Positions 26,230-33,934 of a stretch of DNA of 43,259 nucleotides are shown here, piece after piece; within the stretch, counting starts at the first letter, position 1; every line of letters starts with the position of its first letter. Position numbers and translations under genes: made by a program. Under the pieces are notes generated by a model. The model did not search any database. It saw only the letters and a list, made by a program, of their open reading frames with translations, and was not told the DNA's origin. The DNA comes from an uncultured bacterium. GTDB lineage: Bacteria; Latescibacterota; Latescibacteria; Latescibacterales; Latescibacteraceae. The stretch lies in assembly GCA_964400815.1 (NCBI GenBank), contig CAYNWJ010000002.1:1-43259 (forward strand), given 5' to 3'.

Positions 26230-27354
26230 TCAGTCATAAAACCGCTCCAGGGCAGACACCACATGCCCGATCTGCTCGTCGCGGAGGCCGGGATAGAAGG
26301 GGAGGCTCACCACTTCCCCGCCCATACGCTCGGCCACGGGGCACTGGCCGTCATGCGCGCCGAGATTGTCCCGGTACCACGAATTGAGATGAACGGCGCG
26401 GTAATTCACGGCCACACCGATCTCATGCTCCTGCAGATGCGCGAGCAGACGGTCACGGTCGCGTGCGGCGGCGCGAATCACGAAGAGATGATGGGCGTGC
26501 TTCACATCAGGCGGCGCCGGAACGGGGGTGACGGGGACACCGGCCTTATCGAGCTCGCCGAGATAACGGGCGTGCAGACGGTCACGTTCCACGCGCGCCT
26601 GTTCCACAGTCTCGAGCTGCGGAAGCAGAAGGGCTGCCTGGATGTCGTTCATGTTGAACTTGTAGCCCAGTTCGATCATGTCGTAATGGCGGAAATGCTG
26701 ATAGCGTTTCGAGGCGTCCTTGTCGAGCCCGTGAAGCCTGAGAACGCGGAGACTGTCTGCGAGATCGCCGTCATTGGTGACGACCGCCCCGCCCTCGCCG
26801 CAGGTCATGTTCTTGGTGGCATAGAAGCTGAATACGGCCGCGTCACCCGCCTGTCCCGGACGTATGCCGTCACGCTCTCCCTCCACACAGTGGGCGGCGT
26901 CTTCCAGGAGGAACAGGCCGTGCTCGTCCGCGAAGGCCCTGAACCGTTTCATGTCCACCATGCCGCCATAGAGATGCACGGGAATGATCGCGCGTGTTTT
27001 TTGGGTGATCTTTTCCTGAGCGTCATCGAGATCGAGGAAGCCGGTGTCCGGCTCCACATCGGCGAACACCGGCGTGGCCCCCGTGTGCAGGACGGCGTTG
27101 GCGGTCGCCACGAATGTCATGGCCGGGACGATGACCTCGTCGCCCGGTCCGATACCCTTCGCGGCGAGGCACAGGAACAGTCCAGCCGTGCAGGATGTGA
27201 GCCCCACCGCGTGGTCCACACCGAGCCATTCGGCGAAAGACCGCTCGAAACGTCCGGTGACCGGCCCGGTCGTGAGAAACACCGAATCGAGCACGTTCCG
27301 CACTTCGTCGGCATGCCGTTCGCCCAGTTGATGCCTGTAGAATTCCACCTTCAT
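26230..27354 (-). CDS. DegT/DnrJ/EryC1/StrS-family PLP-dependent sugar aminotransferase (ArnB/PseC-like)
   Basis: Track ORF trimmed to ATG 27354 (AGAGAGGA upstream). Motifs GDEVIVPAMTFVATANAV, IIPVHLYG, and FSFYATKNMTCGEGGAV (PLP lysine motif). Confidence 0.9.
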   Translation of the reverse strand: MKVEFYRHQLGERHADEVRNVLDSVFLTTGPVTGRFERSFAEWLGVDHAVGLTSCTAGLFLCLAAKGIGPGDEVIVPAMTFVATANAVLHTGATPVFADVEPDTGFLDLDDAQEKITQKTRAIIPVHLYGGMVDMKRFRAFADEHGLFLLEDAAHCVEGERDGIRPGQAGDAAVFSFYATKNMTCGEGGAVVTNDGDLADSLRVLRLHGLDKDASKRYQHFRHYDMIELGYKFNMNDIQAALLLPQLETVEQARVERDRLHARYLGELDKAGVPVTPVPAPPDVKHAHHLFVIRAAARDRDRLLAHLQEHEIGVAVNYRAVHLNSWYRDNLGAHDGQCPVAERMGGEVVSLPFYPGLRDEQIGHVVSALERFYD

Positions 27355-27382
27355 CGATCGAGTCCTCTCTTTCTTGCTCCCG

Positions 27383-29191
27383 TCAACGGCCCGCGAGCAT
27401 GCGTCGCATGACACCGGTCTGCAGATCGCGGTTCTTGTAATACCCGGGGATGTTCTTATCATACAGCGCCGCCGCCTCTCTCGCATCTTCGTTCATGTCC
27501 AGAGCGTGGTAGATGCGAAAGATACTGAACAGGAGCACGGGATTCTTCACATCGGCGAAATGGGAAACGGGCGGGATCGATACGGGTGGCTCACGGTCCA
27601 CGTCCACCTTCGAAAACACCACGCCTATCCGGTCGAACATGACGAGCCGCCATTCAGGAGAATCGAGGAACGCCGCCGCCACCTGCCAGTATTTCGAGTG
27701 ATGTATGAGCGCATTACGGAAGGGATAGCACCCGTTCAGGTCATGCAGCCCCTCGACACCCGGCCGCTGTCTGAAGGTCATGTAATCGTTCCAGACGCCC
27801 GTCGCCTCGTAGGGACGGTGCCGTGGGTCGATGAAAACCTTGTAGTCGGGATAGAGGGAAAAGATCATGTACCCCCCGGTCAGGTAGTCGTTGAAAAACG
27901 GGCCGGGAAGATCGTGTTCCCTGATATAGTCGGTCTCGTGGACCGGCGCCTGCTCGTCGAGCCGGGAACCGAACCAGTATTTGTAGGTGTTTACGGTCAA
28001 TGTATTGTGAACGCAGACGAAGCTGATCAGGAGCACCGCCGCGCCCGAGAGGGCGGCCATGCGGTCTTCGAAATCCCGTTCGTCGATGACGGTGACGAGC
28101 CGGACGACAGTGAACAGCCAAATGGCGGGGAAATACAGGGAGGCCCGGGCCATGCTCATGGCGAAGAAAAAGAACAGGACCGTGGCGGCGAGGAGGGGGA
28201 TATCGACGAAACGCCTCTTTGTGTATGCCCTGAAAAAGAGCCAGAGCGCCGAAATCTCGAGGAGCACCAGCGCCCACGCCGTGTTGGTGCGGCGAAAAAC
28301 GTAGACCCGCGGAAAGAGGTATTCCCATCTGTTGAAATAGGCGGTGAGCACCTCGAACTGCCCCTTCTCACCCGTGATCATTCTGGCCACCGTTTCCAGC
28401 GGATAGGCCGGGCCGAATGGATTGACGAATGTCGCGAGCCCCGCGAGACCGACGGAAACGGAAAAAGCGATCAGCACGTCCCTGTTCATGGGATTCTTTT
28501 TGAACACGAAGGCGTTCACGATCTCCAGGCCGAGCATGAACACGAGGAAGAACATGCCGATGATGAACGCCCCGTGCGTGTTGACCCAGATGAGGAAAAG
28601 AGGCGGCAGCGCGAAGAACGCACGTTTCTCCGTTTCCCTGCCGATGAAATACAAGAATACGGCAACCGCGAAGAAGACCAGCGTGAATTGTTCGGGCTTG
28701 ATGAATATCGCGGTGGGATTGATCGAGACCAGAAACAGAAGGATGGCAAGGACATATGCCATGGAGAGGGGCCTTCCTCTCCTGCGCAGCAGGTAAAGAA
28801 AGAGCAGGACGGGGACTGCCAGGCACAGCAGTTGGAAAACACTCAGCGCGGCGACCCCACCGGCTGAATGGATGAGATACAGCATCGAGCTGCCGATCCA
28901 GGTGACATATTTCCAGCTTCCGTCCACGGGCGTCCAGGAATAGGCGGTCTGGTCGATGGTCCAGGTGGTCTCGTTCACGAAATGCTCGCCGAACTTGATA
29001 TGGAACCAGATATCATAGTCACCGGCATGATTCGGATAGTAGAGGACCGTCACCGCCGCGACCAGAATGAACGCGATCCCGATGACGATCATGGAAGTCG
29101 AACAGCGTTTCGCCCCATCCATGATCGCCGCGGTCACACCCGGTCCGCTCCTTCCGGTGCCGCTGCGCCGTTTCTTCTTCCGGCTTGTCAT
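27383..29191 (-). CDS. Large polytopic membrane protein, GT-C-fold-like glycosyltransferase candidate (ArnT-position gene)
   Basis: 602-aa ORF with ATG 29191. Polybasic N-terminus MTSRKKKRRSG. An acidic DYD motif follows TM1 (NHAGDYDIWFHIKFGEHF). More than 10 hydrophobic helices by eye. About 190-aa C-terminal soluble domain. It lies between the SDR and aminotransferase genes with gaps of 63 and 28 nt. Confidence 0.6.
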   Translation of the reverse strand: MTSRKKKRRSGTGRSGPGVTAAIMDGAKRCSTSMIVIGIAFILVAAVTVLYYPNHAGDYDIWFHIKFGEHFVNETTWTIDQTAYSWTPVDGSWKYVTWIGSSMLYLIHSAGGVAALSVFQLLCLAVPVLLFLYLLRRRGRPLSMAYVLAILLFLVSINPTAIFIKPEQFTLVFFAVAVFLYFIGRETEKRAFFALPPLFLIWVNTHGAFIIGMFFLVFMLGLEIVNAFVFKKNPMNRDVLIAFSVSVGLAGLATFVNPFGPAYPLETVARMITGEKGQFEVLTAYFNRWEYLFPRVYVFRRTNTAWALVLLEISALWLFFRAYTKRRFVDIPLLAATVLFFFFAMSMARASLYFPAIWLFTVVRLVTVIDERDFEDRMAALSGAAVLLISFVCVHNTLTVNTYKYWFGSRLDEQAPVHETDYIREHDLPGPFFNDYLTGGYMIFSLYPDYKVFIDPRHRPYEATGVWNDYMTFRQRPGVEGLHDLNGCYPFRNALIHHSKYWQVAAAFLDSPEWRLVMFDRIGVVFSKVDVDREPPVSIPPVSHFADVKNPVLLFSIFRIYHALDMNEDAREAAALYDKNIPGYYKNRDLQTGVMRRMLAGR

Positions 29192-29254
29192 GCGCCGCCT
29201 GTCTCCCGTGGTGCATTTCGTTGCGACCGCTCCCGGCGGATCACCGGGGCACGA

Positions 29255-30217
29255 TCAGTTCTTGTCTTGCAGTTTATTGAAAACCCTGATGTTGTAATAG
29301 ACATCGTTGTCGATGTCCTTGAAATGCTCGTAATTGTCCACCAGGTTCTTCACGATGTCGTCGATATCGTCGATGGCCCTGAAATTCATTATCTTTCTCG
29401 CCTTTTCGGTATCGACCTTGTAATTGCGGTAGTCTTCCATGTATTTGATGTTCAGCTTCACATCCACGTCCATGTGCTTTTTGAGGCCGTCCTTGACATA
29501 GTCGGCGACCTCCCCCACCGTATAATTCCCCGAGGAGATGTTGAAAACACCGGAAATTTCGTGGGCGGTCTCCACGGCGCGGACATAGGCGCTCACGACA
29601 TCCTTGACCGATACGATCGGCCGCCAGATGCGTGGGTTGTTTACGGTGATCACACCCTTGACCATGGCCCACTTGAACATGGTGTTGATGATCAGGTCGA
29701 GACGCATGCGGGGGCTGTATCCGCTCACCGTTCCCTTCCTGAAACATATGACGGAAAAAGAATCGTCGGCCAGGTGCATGCACCCGAATTCACCCTGAAG
29801 TTTCGAGATCCCGTAGGGATAATTCGATATTGTCGGGGACTCTTCGTCATACAGTTCGTTGATGGTATAGCCGTAAACGGAGCATGAACCGCCGTAAATG
29901 AAGCGCCTGACCCCCGCCTTCTTCGAAATGAACGCCAGGTATGCCGGCGCGGCCGCGTTGCTCACATAGTTCATCGAAGGGGAATATTCCGCCATGGGAT
30001 CGTTGGAAAGGCCGGCAAGAAAGATGACCGTGTCATATCCCGCTATCTCTTCCTCCGTGACGTCCATGACATCCTTACGCATCACATTCACGTCACCGGG
30101 CAGTTTGTTGCCGAACCACAAGAGATCGACCACATCGACCGTATACGAACGCTCCGTCAACCGGGGAACCAGGCTCGACCCGATGTATCCCGCACCGCCG
30201 GCTATGAGAATTTTCAT
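29255..30217 (-). CDS. Extended-SDR NAD-dependent sugar-nucleotide epimerase/dehydratase family protein
   Basis: Track ORF trimmed to ATG 30217 (AAGGGGGAAATC upstream). MKILIAGGAGYIGS (Rossmann), GGSCSVYG, YGISK (YxxxK). Visibly more AT-rich than its neighbours. Confidence 0.85.
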   Translation of the reverse strand: MKILIAGGAGYIGSSLVPRLTERSYTVDVVDLLWFGNKLPGDVNVMRKDVMDVTEEEIAGYDTVIFLAGLSNDPMAEYSPSMNYVSNAAAPAYLAFISKKAGVRRFIYGGSCSVYGYTINELYDEESPTISNYPYGISKLQGEFGCMHLADDSFSVICFRKGTVSGYSPRMRLDLIINTMFKWAMVKGVITVNNPRIWRPIVSVKDVVSAYVRAVETAHEISGVFNISSGNYTVGEVADYVKDGLKKHMDVDVKLNIKYMEDYRNYKVDTEKARKIMNFRAIDDIDDIVKNLVDNYEHFKDIDNDVYYNIRVFNKLQDKN

Positions 30218-30269
30218 GATTTCCCCCTTCATGTAAATCGAAATACCATCTCTGATTATCAACAAACCC

Positions 30270-30299
30270 AATATAACATTCGATTTATAAACCACGCAA
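30270..30299 (-). promoter_or_regulatory. Candidate promoter with extended -10 (TTGCGT-18 nt incl. TGt-TATATT) for the SDR / GT-C-like / aminotransferase operon
   Basis: The minus strand reads TTGCGTggtttataaatcgaaTGtTATATTggg. The -10 is at 30270-30275, the TG at 30277-30278, the -35 at 30294-30299. It is flanked by an 8-bp inverted repeat CAACAAAC/GTTTGTTG (30260-30267 / 30303-30310). Confidence 0.4.
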
Positions 30300-30422
30300 A
30301 CAGTTTGTTGGGCCGCTCCGTGAGTGACTGCCGCCGAAACTGTCAGCCGGTATATTCGTGTTCCCCCACAGCGGCAAGCTCTTTCCGGGCCCAAACCAGC
30401 AATGGAGGACCACGACACGGAC

Positions 30423-30452
30423 AAAAAAAGGGGGTGGCACGAAACCGCCCCT
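30423..30452 (-). terminator. Rho-independent terminator downstream of the rubrerythrin-like gene
   Basis: The minus strand reads GGGGCGGtttcgtgCCACCCCCTTTTTTTg. This is a GC-rich stem (one mismatch), a 7-nt loop and a run of seven T (the plus-strand A-run at 30423-30429). It starts 24 nt after the stop at 30476. Confidence 0.55.
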
Positions 30453-30475
30453 CACCGGCCATTCATCGAATCGGC

Positions 30476-31012
30476 TCAGCCCCTGCGGAACACCAGGTTC
30501 TCCTCCTCATAGAGCCAGTTGCCCGGGTCCGAAAGATACGACATCAGATTCTCCACAAGGTTGTAGTGGATGTTCTCCTCCTTCGCAAGGAAATCGAATA
30601 TCCCGCGCACCTCGTCTTCCTCGGCGTTGTGGGCCGCCGACGAATAGGTATCGAAGCTCTCCTTCTCCTTCTCGAGGGCCTTTTCCAGCGTGTCGCGGAC
30701 AGATGCCGATTCCGCCTCAAAATCCGCGTCCTTCACGCTGCCGTGGGGAAACGCCTCATTCAGGCGCTCACGGGCTCCGGGGCCCGACTCCGTCTGGATA
30801 TCATCGACCGAAAACGATTCCCGCGCCGCCTTGAGCAGCTTCTCCATCATGGCCTTGTGCTTCTTTTCGTCCTCGACCAGACCGGAAAGAACGGTTTTCG
30901 TCCCCTCGGTCTTCGCCTTGTCGAGACACGCGGTATAGAATTGGAGACTCTCGTTCTCCCGTCCGATGGCATATTCGATGATGCCGATGGTCTTTTCGCT
31001 GGCGAGTTTCAT
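30476..31012 (-). CDS. Ferritin-like di-iron protein (rubrerythrin-family domain, no rubredoxin domain)
   Basis: 178-aa ORF with GGGAGG upstream of ATG 31012. Two ExxH di-iron half-sites (EDEKKH, EENIH), each preceded by a Glu-containing helix (EYAIGRENES, LEKEKES). Confidence 0.75.
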   Translation of the reverse strand: MKLASEKTIGIIEYAIGRENESLQFYTACLDKAKTEGTKTVLSGLVEDEKKHKAMMEKLLKAARESFSVDDIQTESGPGARERLNEAFPHGSVKDADFEAESASVRDTLEKALEKEKESFDTYSSAAHNAEEDEVRGIFDFLAKEENIHYNLVENLMSYLSDPGNWLYEEENLVFRRG

Positions 31013-31071
31013 GCAAACCTCCCGTACTCTTGTTCATTCAAAGGGGTCATCCCCGAAATAATCACTGTATC

Positions 31072-31080
31072 AATATAACA
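31072..31080 (-). promoter_or_regulatory. Candidate extended -10 promoter element (TGtTATATT) for the rubrerythrin-like gene
   Basis: The minus strand reads tcATGTTATATTGat, 60 nt upstream of ATG 31012. The same 11-mer occurs at 30269-30279 in the other promoter. No convincing -35. Confidence 0.35.
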
Positions 31081-31173
31081 TGAACAGCGATGTTGTGCCA
31101 TCATTTTCCCGAAAAGCGGACACCCCTCCATGCGAAACTCCCGTGCGCGGGGAGTTACCGCCCTTTCACATGC

Positions 31174-31202
31174 TTGCATATCGGAAGGTATGGTATTATA
31201 CT
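31174..31202 (+). promoter_or_regulatory. Candidate sigma70 promoter (TTGCAT-17 nt-TATACT) for the atypical SDR gene
   Basis: TTGCAT at 31174-31179, a 17-nt spacer, and TATACT at 31197-31202, about 40 nt upstream of ATG 31245. Confidence 0.4.
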
Positions 31203-31244
31203 GGAGCAACAACGGCATACGCGCCGGATAAAAGGATGGATCGC

Positions 31245-32186
31245 ATGCATGTGGCGGTGTTTGGCGGCACTGGTTTCATAGGAAGGCACGTGACGCGGGA
31301 GCTCATCGAACGGGGACACACACCCGTGCTCCTCGTCCGTCCCGGCAGTGAAGAAAAAATCACTTTTGACGGGAAAACACGGACTGTCACCGGTACCATC
31401 GCCGACAGGCATGCGGTTGAACGCACCCTCGAGGGAACCGGGGCGGTGGTCTATGCAATCGGCATCATACGACAGGACAGAGCGCGGGGGATCACCTACG
31501 AGGCCCTGCATGTGGACGGTGTCGGGACAACGGTTAACTCATGCCTCGAACAGGGCGTGAAACGCCTGCTCCTCGTCAGCGCGAATGGTGTCGGGCCTTC
31601 GGGAACGGTCTACGAGGGCTCCAAGTTCAGGGGTGAAGAGATCGTACGCTCATCGGGGCTCGACTGGACCATCCTCAGACCCTCCGTGGTCTTCGGCGAT
31701 CCCCGCGGCGCGATGGAGCTGGCGTCACAGTTGAAGCGGGACATGGTTTCCATCCCAGCCCCCCTTCCCCTGTTCCACCGGGGAATCCTGCCGTGGCGGG
31801 GACCGTCATTCAAGCTTGCTCCCGTTCATGTGCGCGATCTGGCGCGGATCATCGCAACAGCGATCGAGACGGGCGAATTGACGGGACGGACGGCAGGAGT
31901 CTGCGGGCCGGATGAACTCGACTGGGAAACCGTCGCGCGCACGGTGGCGGAGGCATCCGGCAAACGCAAATCCGGCGTGCCCGTTCCACTGTGGGCGGTT
32001 AAGGCGGCCGCCGCTCTCCTCGATCGTTTCCGCTTCTTTCCGGTAACCCGTGAACAGCTCGAAATGCTCGGCGGAGGCAACACCTGCGATTCCCGCGAAC
32101 TGTTCGAACGATTCGGCATAGACCCCATACCCTTCACCGTCGAATCCCTTTCCTACCTGGGAAAAACCGGCGGCGGGAAACACTGA
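31245..32186 (+). CDS. Atypical SDR, NAD(P)H-binding NmrA/NDUFA9-like protein
   Basis: Track ORF trimmed to ATG 31245 (AAAGGA upstream; alternative ATG 31236). MHVAVFGGTGFIGRHVTRELIERGH is a Rossmann motif. Also LLLVSANGV and WTILRPSVVFG. Confidence 0.75.
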   Translation: MHVAVFGGTGFIGRHVTRELIERGHTPVLLVRPGSEEKITFDGKTRTVTGTIADRHAVERTLEGTGAVVYAIGIIRQDRARGITYEALHVDGVGTTVNSCLEQGVKRLLLVSANGVGPSGTVYEGSKFRGEEIVRSSGLDWTILRPSVVFGDPRGAMELASQLKRDMVSIPAPLPLFHRGILPWRGPSFKLAPVHVRDLARIIATAIETGELTGRTAGVCGPDELDWETVARTVAEASGKRKSGVPVPLWAVKAAAALLDRFRFFPVTREQLEMLGGGNTCDSRELFERFGIDPIPFTVESLSYLGKTGGGKH

Positions 32187-32266
32187 CACTCCCGCAGTTC
32201 CTGCAATCAGGGCCGGAATGGATCATGGTGAAGCAACGAAGCTCCCAAACACGGGAACAACCCGGC

Positions 32267-33022
32267 ATGATAATCGACCTCACAGGCAGGCGGGCGCTCG
32301 TCACCGGCGGCGCGGACAGAATCGGCAGGGCCGTGGCCCTCGCCCTCGCCAGGCAAGGCGCCGATATCGTGATCCACTACAACACCTCGGCCGAAGAAGC
32401 GGAAAAGACCGCCGGTGACATCCGCGGTTGCGGCGTAGAGTCGATGACGGTCCGGGCGAACCTCGCCGACAGGCGCGAGGCGGCGGCGCTCATGCCGCGT
32501 GTTCTGGAGACTGCCGGCGTCGTGGATATTCTCGTGAACAACGCCGCCGTGTTCGGCATATCGAGGCTCGGCGCGCTGGACATGGACGATTTCGATGCCA
32601 CACTCGCCATAAACGCGGTCGCCCCCCTTCTGCTCATGGAGGCCTTCTCACGGCAGAACCTGAACGGGGTTGTCGTGAATTTTCTCGACAGCCGCGTCGA
32701 ATCCTACGACACCGAGCGCGCCGGATACCAGCTGAGTAAAAACATGCTCAGAGACCTGACCCTCATGGGAGCCGTGACATTCGCTCCCCGGATACGGGTG
32801 AATGCCGTGGCGCCGGGCGTGATACTCTCTCCGCCGGGGGCCGGGGACGATGTGGCCGACCGGCTGGGGAGAAGGACGCCCATGGGCCGCAGGGGAACCC
32901 TGAAAGACATCGCGGACGCTGTCCTGTTTCTCGTCGGCCACGACTATCTCACCGGCGAAATCCTGCATGTGGACGGCGGTCTGGGCATAGGACGGTGGAC
33001 CGTGGGGGGAGAACGATCATGA
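32267..33022 (+). CDS. Classical short-chain dehydrogenase/reductase, pteridine-reductase/FolM-like by context
   Basis: The start is ambiguous (ATG 32225 or 32267); 32267 gives the usual MIIDLTGRRALVTGGADRIGRA N-terminus. ILVNNAAVF (NNAA motif). Its stop overlaps the folB start (ATGA at 33019-33022). Confidence 0.7.
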   Translation: MIIDLTGRRALVTGGADRIGRAVALALARQGADIVIHYNTSAEEAEKTAGDIRGCGVESMTVRANLADRREAAALMPRVLETAGVVDILVNNAAVFGISRLGALDMDDFDATLAINAVAPLLLMEAFSRQNLNGVVVNFLDSRVESYDTERAGYQLSKNMLRDLTLMGAVTFAPRIRVNAVAPGVILSPPGAGDDVADRLGRRTPMGRRGTLKDIADAVLFLVGHDYLTGEILHVDGGLGIGRWTVGGERS

Positions 33023-33387
33023 ACGGCGACAAGCTGATCATACGCGACCTGGCGCTTCGCTGCATCATCGGTTTCAACCATAACGAACGCAGGGACCGCC
33101 AGGATGTGCTCATCAACGTGACCATGGATGTGGATATCGCGCGGGCGTGCGAAACCGACCGTGTCGAGGATTCGGTCAACTACCGTACGGTCAAAAAAAG
33201 CATCATCAGCCTGGTCGAGGGATCGTCATTCCATCTTATAGAAAAACTCGCGGAGGAGGTCGCAGCCCTCTGTCTGAGCCATGACAGGGTGAACTGTGTC
33301 ACCGTGACCATCGACAAACCGGGCGCGCTCAGGTTCGCACGGTCCGTTGCGGTGGAGATCACACGGTACGGGAACGGCGATGGGTGA
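33019..33387 (+). CDS. folB: Dihydroneopterin aldolase
   Basis: Track ORF trimmed to ATG 33019 (GGGGGGAGAA upstream). Length 122 aa. LIIRDLALRCIIGFNHNERRDRQDVLINVTM and DSVNYRTV..IEKLAEEVA are typical FolB. Confidence 0.8.
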   Translation: MNGDKLIIRDLALRCIIGFNHNERRDRQDVLINVTMDVDIARACETDRVEDSVNYRTVKKSIISLVEGSSFHLIEKLAEEVAALCLSHDRVNCVTVTIDKPGALRFARSVAVEITRYGNGDG

Positions 33388-33934
33388 ACCGGTACGGGTC
33401 TGCATCGGTGTGGGCAGCAACATCGACCCCGAAATGAACGTGATGCGCGCCCTCGAATGTCTGGACGAACGTATTCGCATCACCGGAACATCGACCGTCT
33501 ACCGAACCGTCCCTCTCGGCCGTTCCGATCAGCCGCCGTTTCTCAACTGTGTATGGACGGCATCGACATGTCATGATCCATCGATTCTGAAACATTCCAT
33601 CCTCTCGGACGTCGAGAATGATGCGGGGCGGATACGCACGAATGACCCCTGGGCGCCGCGGACCATCGATCTGGACCTCATCCTTTTCGGTGACAGCGTC
33701 ATCGACGACGGCGCCCTGATCGTTCCCGACCCGGACATATACACGCGGCCGTTTCTGGCGCTGCCACTTCTGGAACTGGACCCGGCGCTCGAACTGCCGG
33801 ACACGGGCCGCTCGATCACGGAGGTCGCGGGCGGGATGCAAAGAACGGGCATGACACCCGATCACACAATGACGGAAAAACTCAGGAGGTACATACACGA
33901 TGAAAGAGGAAAAGGTCAAAAATCTGGTGCGTGA
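33380..33934 (+). CDS. folK: 2-amino-4-hydroxy-6-hydroxymethyldihydropteridine diphosphokinase (HPPK)
   Basis: Track ORF trimmed to ATG 33380, overlapping the folB stop by 8 nt. Motifs IGVGSNI, VYRTVPLG..QPPFLNCV, PRTIDLDLILFGD, IVPDPDIYTRPFLALPLLEL. Confidence 0.85.
   Translation: MGEPVRVCIGVGSNIDPEMNVMRALECLDERIRITGTSTVYRTVPLGRSDQPPFLNCVWTASTCHDPSILKHSILSDVENDAGRIRTNDPWAPRTIDLDLILFGDSVIDDGALIVPDPDIYTRPFLALPLLELDPALELPDTGRSITEVAGGMQRTGMTPDHTMTEKLRRYIHDERGKGQKSGA

Noticed and set aside
26263-29887. Plus-strand ORFs of 382, 497 and 339 aa (26263..27411, 27374..28867, 28868..29887) opposite the aminotransferase, GT-C-like and SDR genes
   Set aside because: They are antisense to genes with unambiguous signatures (the PLP-lysine motif, a polytopic membrane profile, Rossmann/YxxxK). 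Their translations are charged and low in complexity, with no hydrophobic or catalytic patterns.
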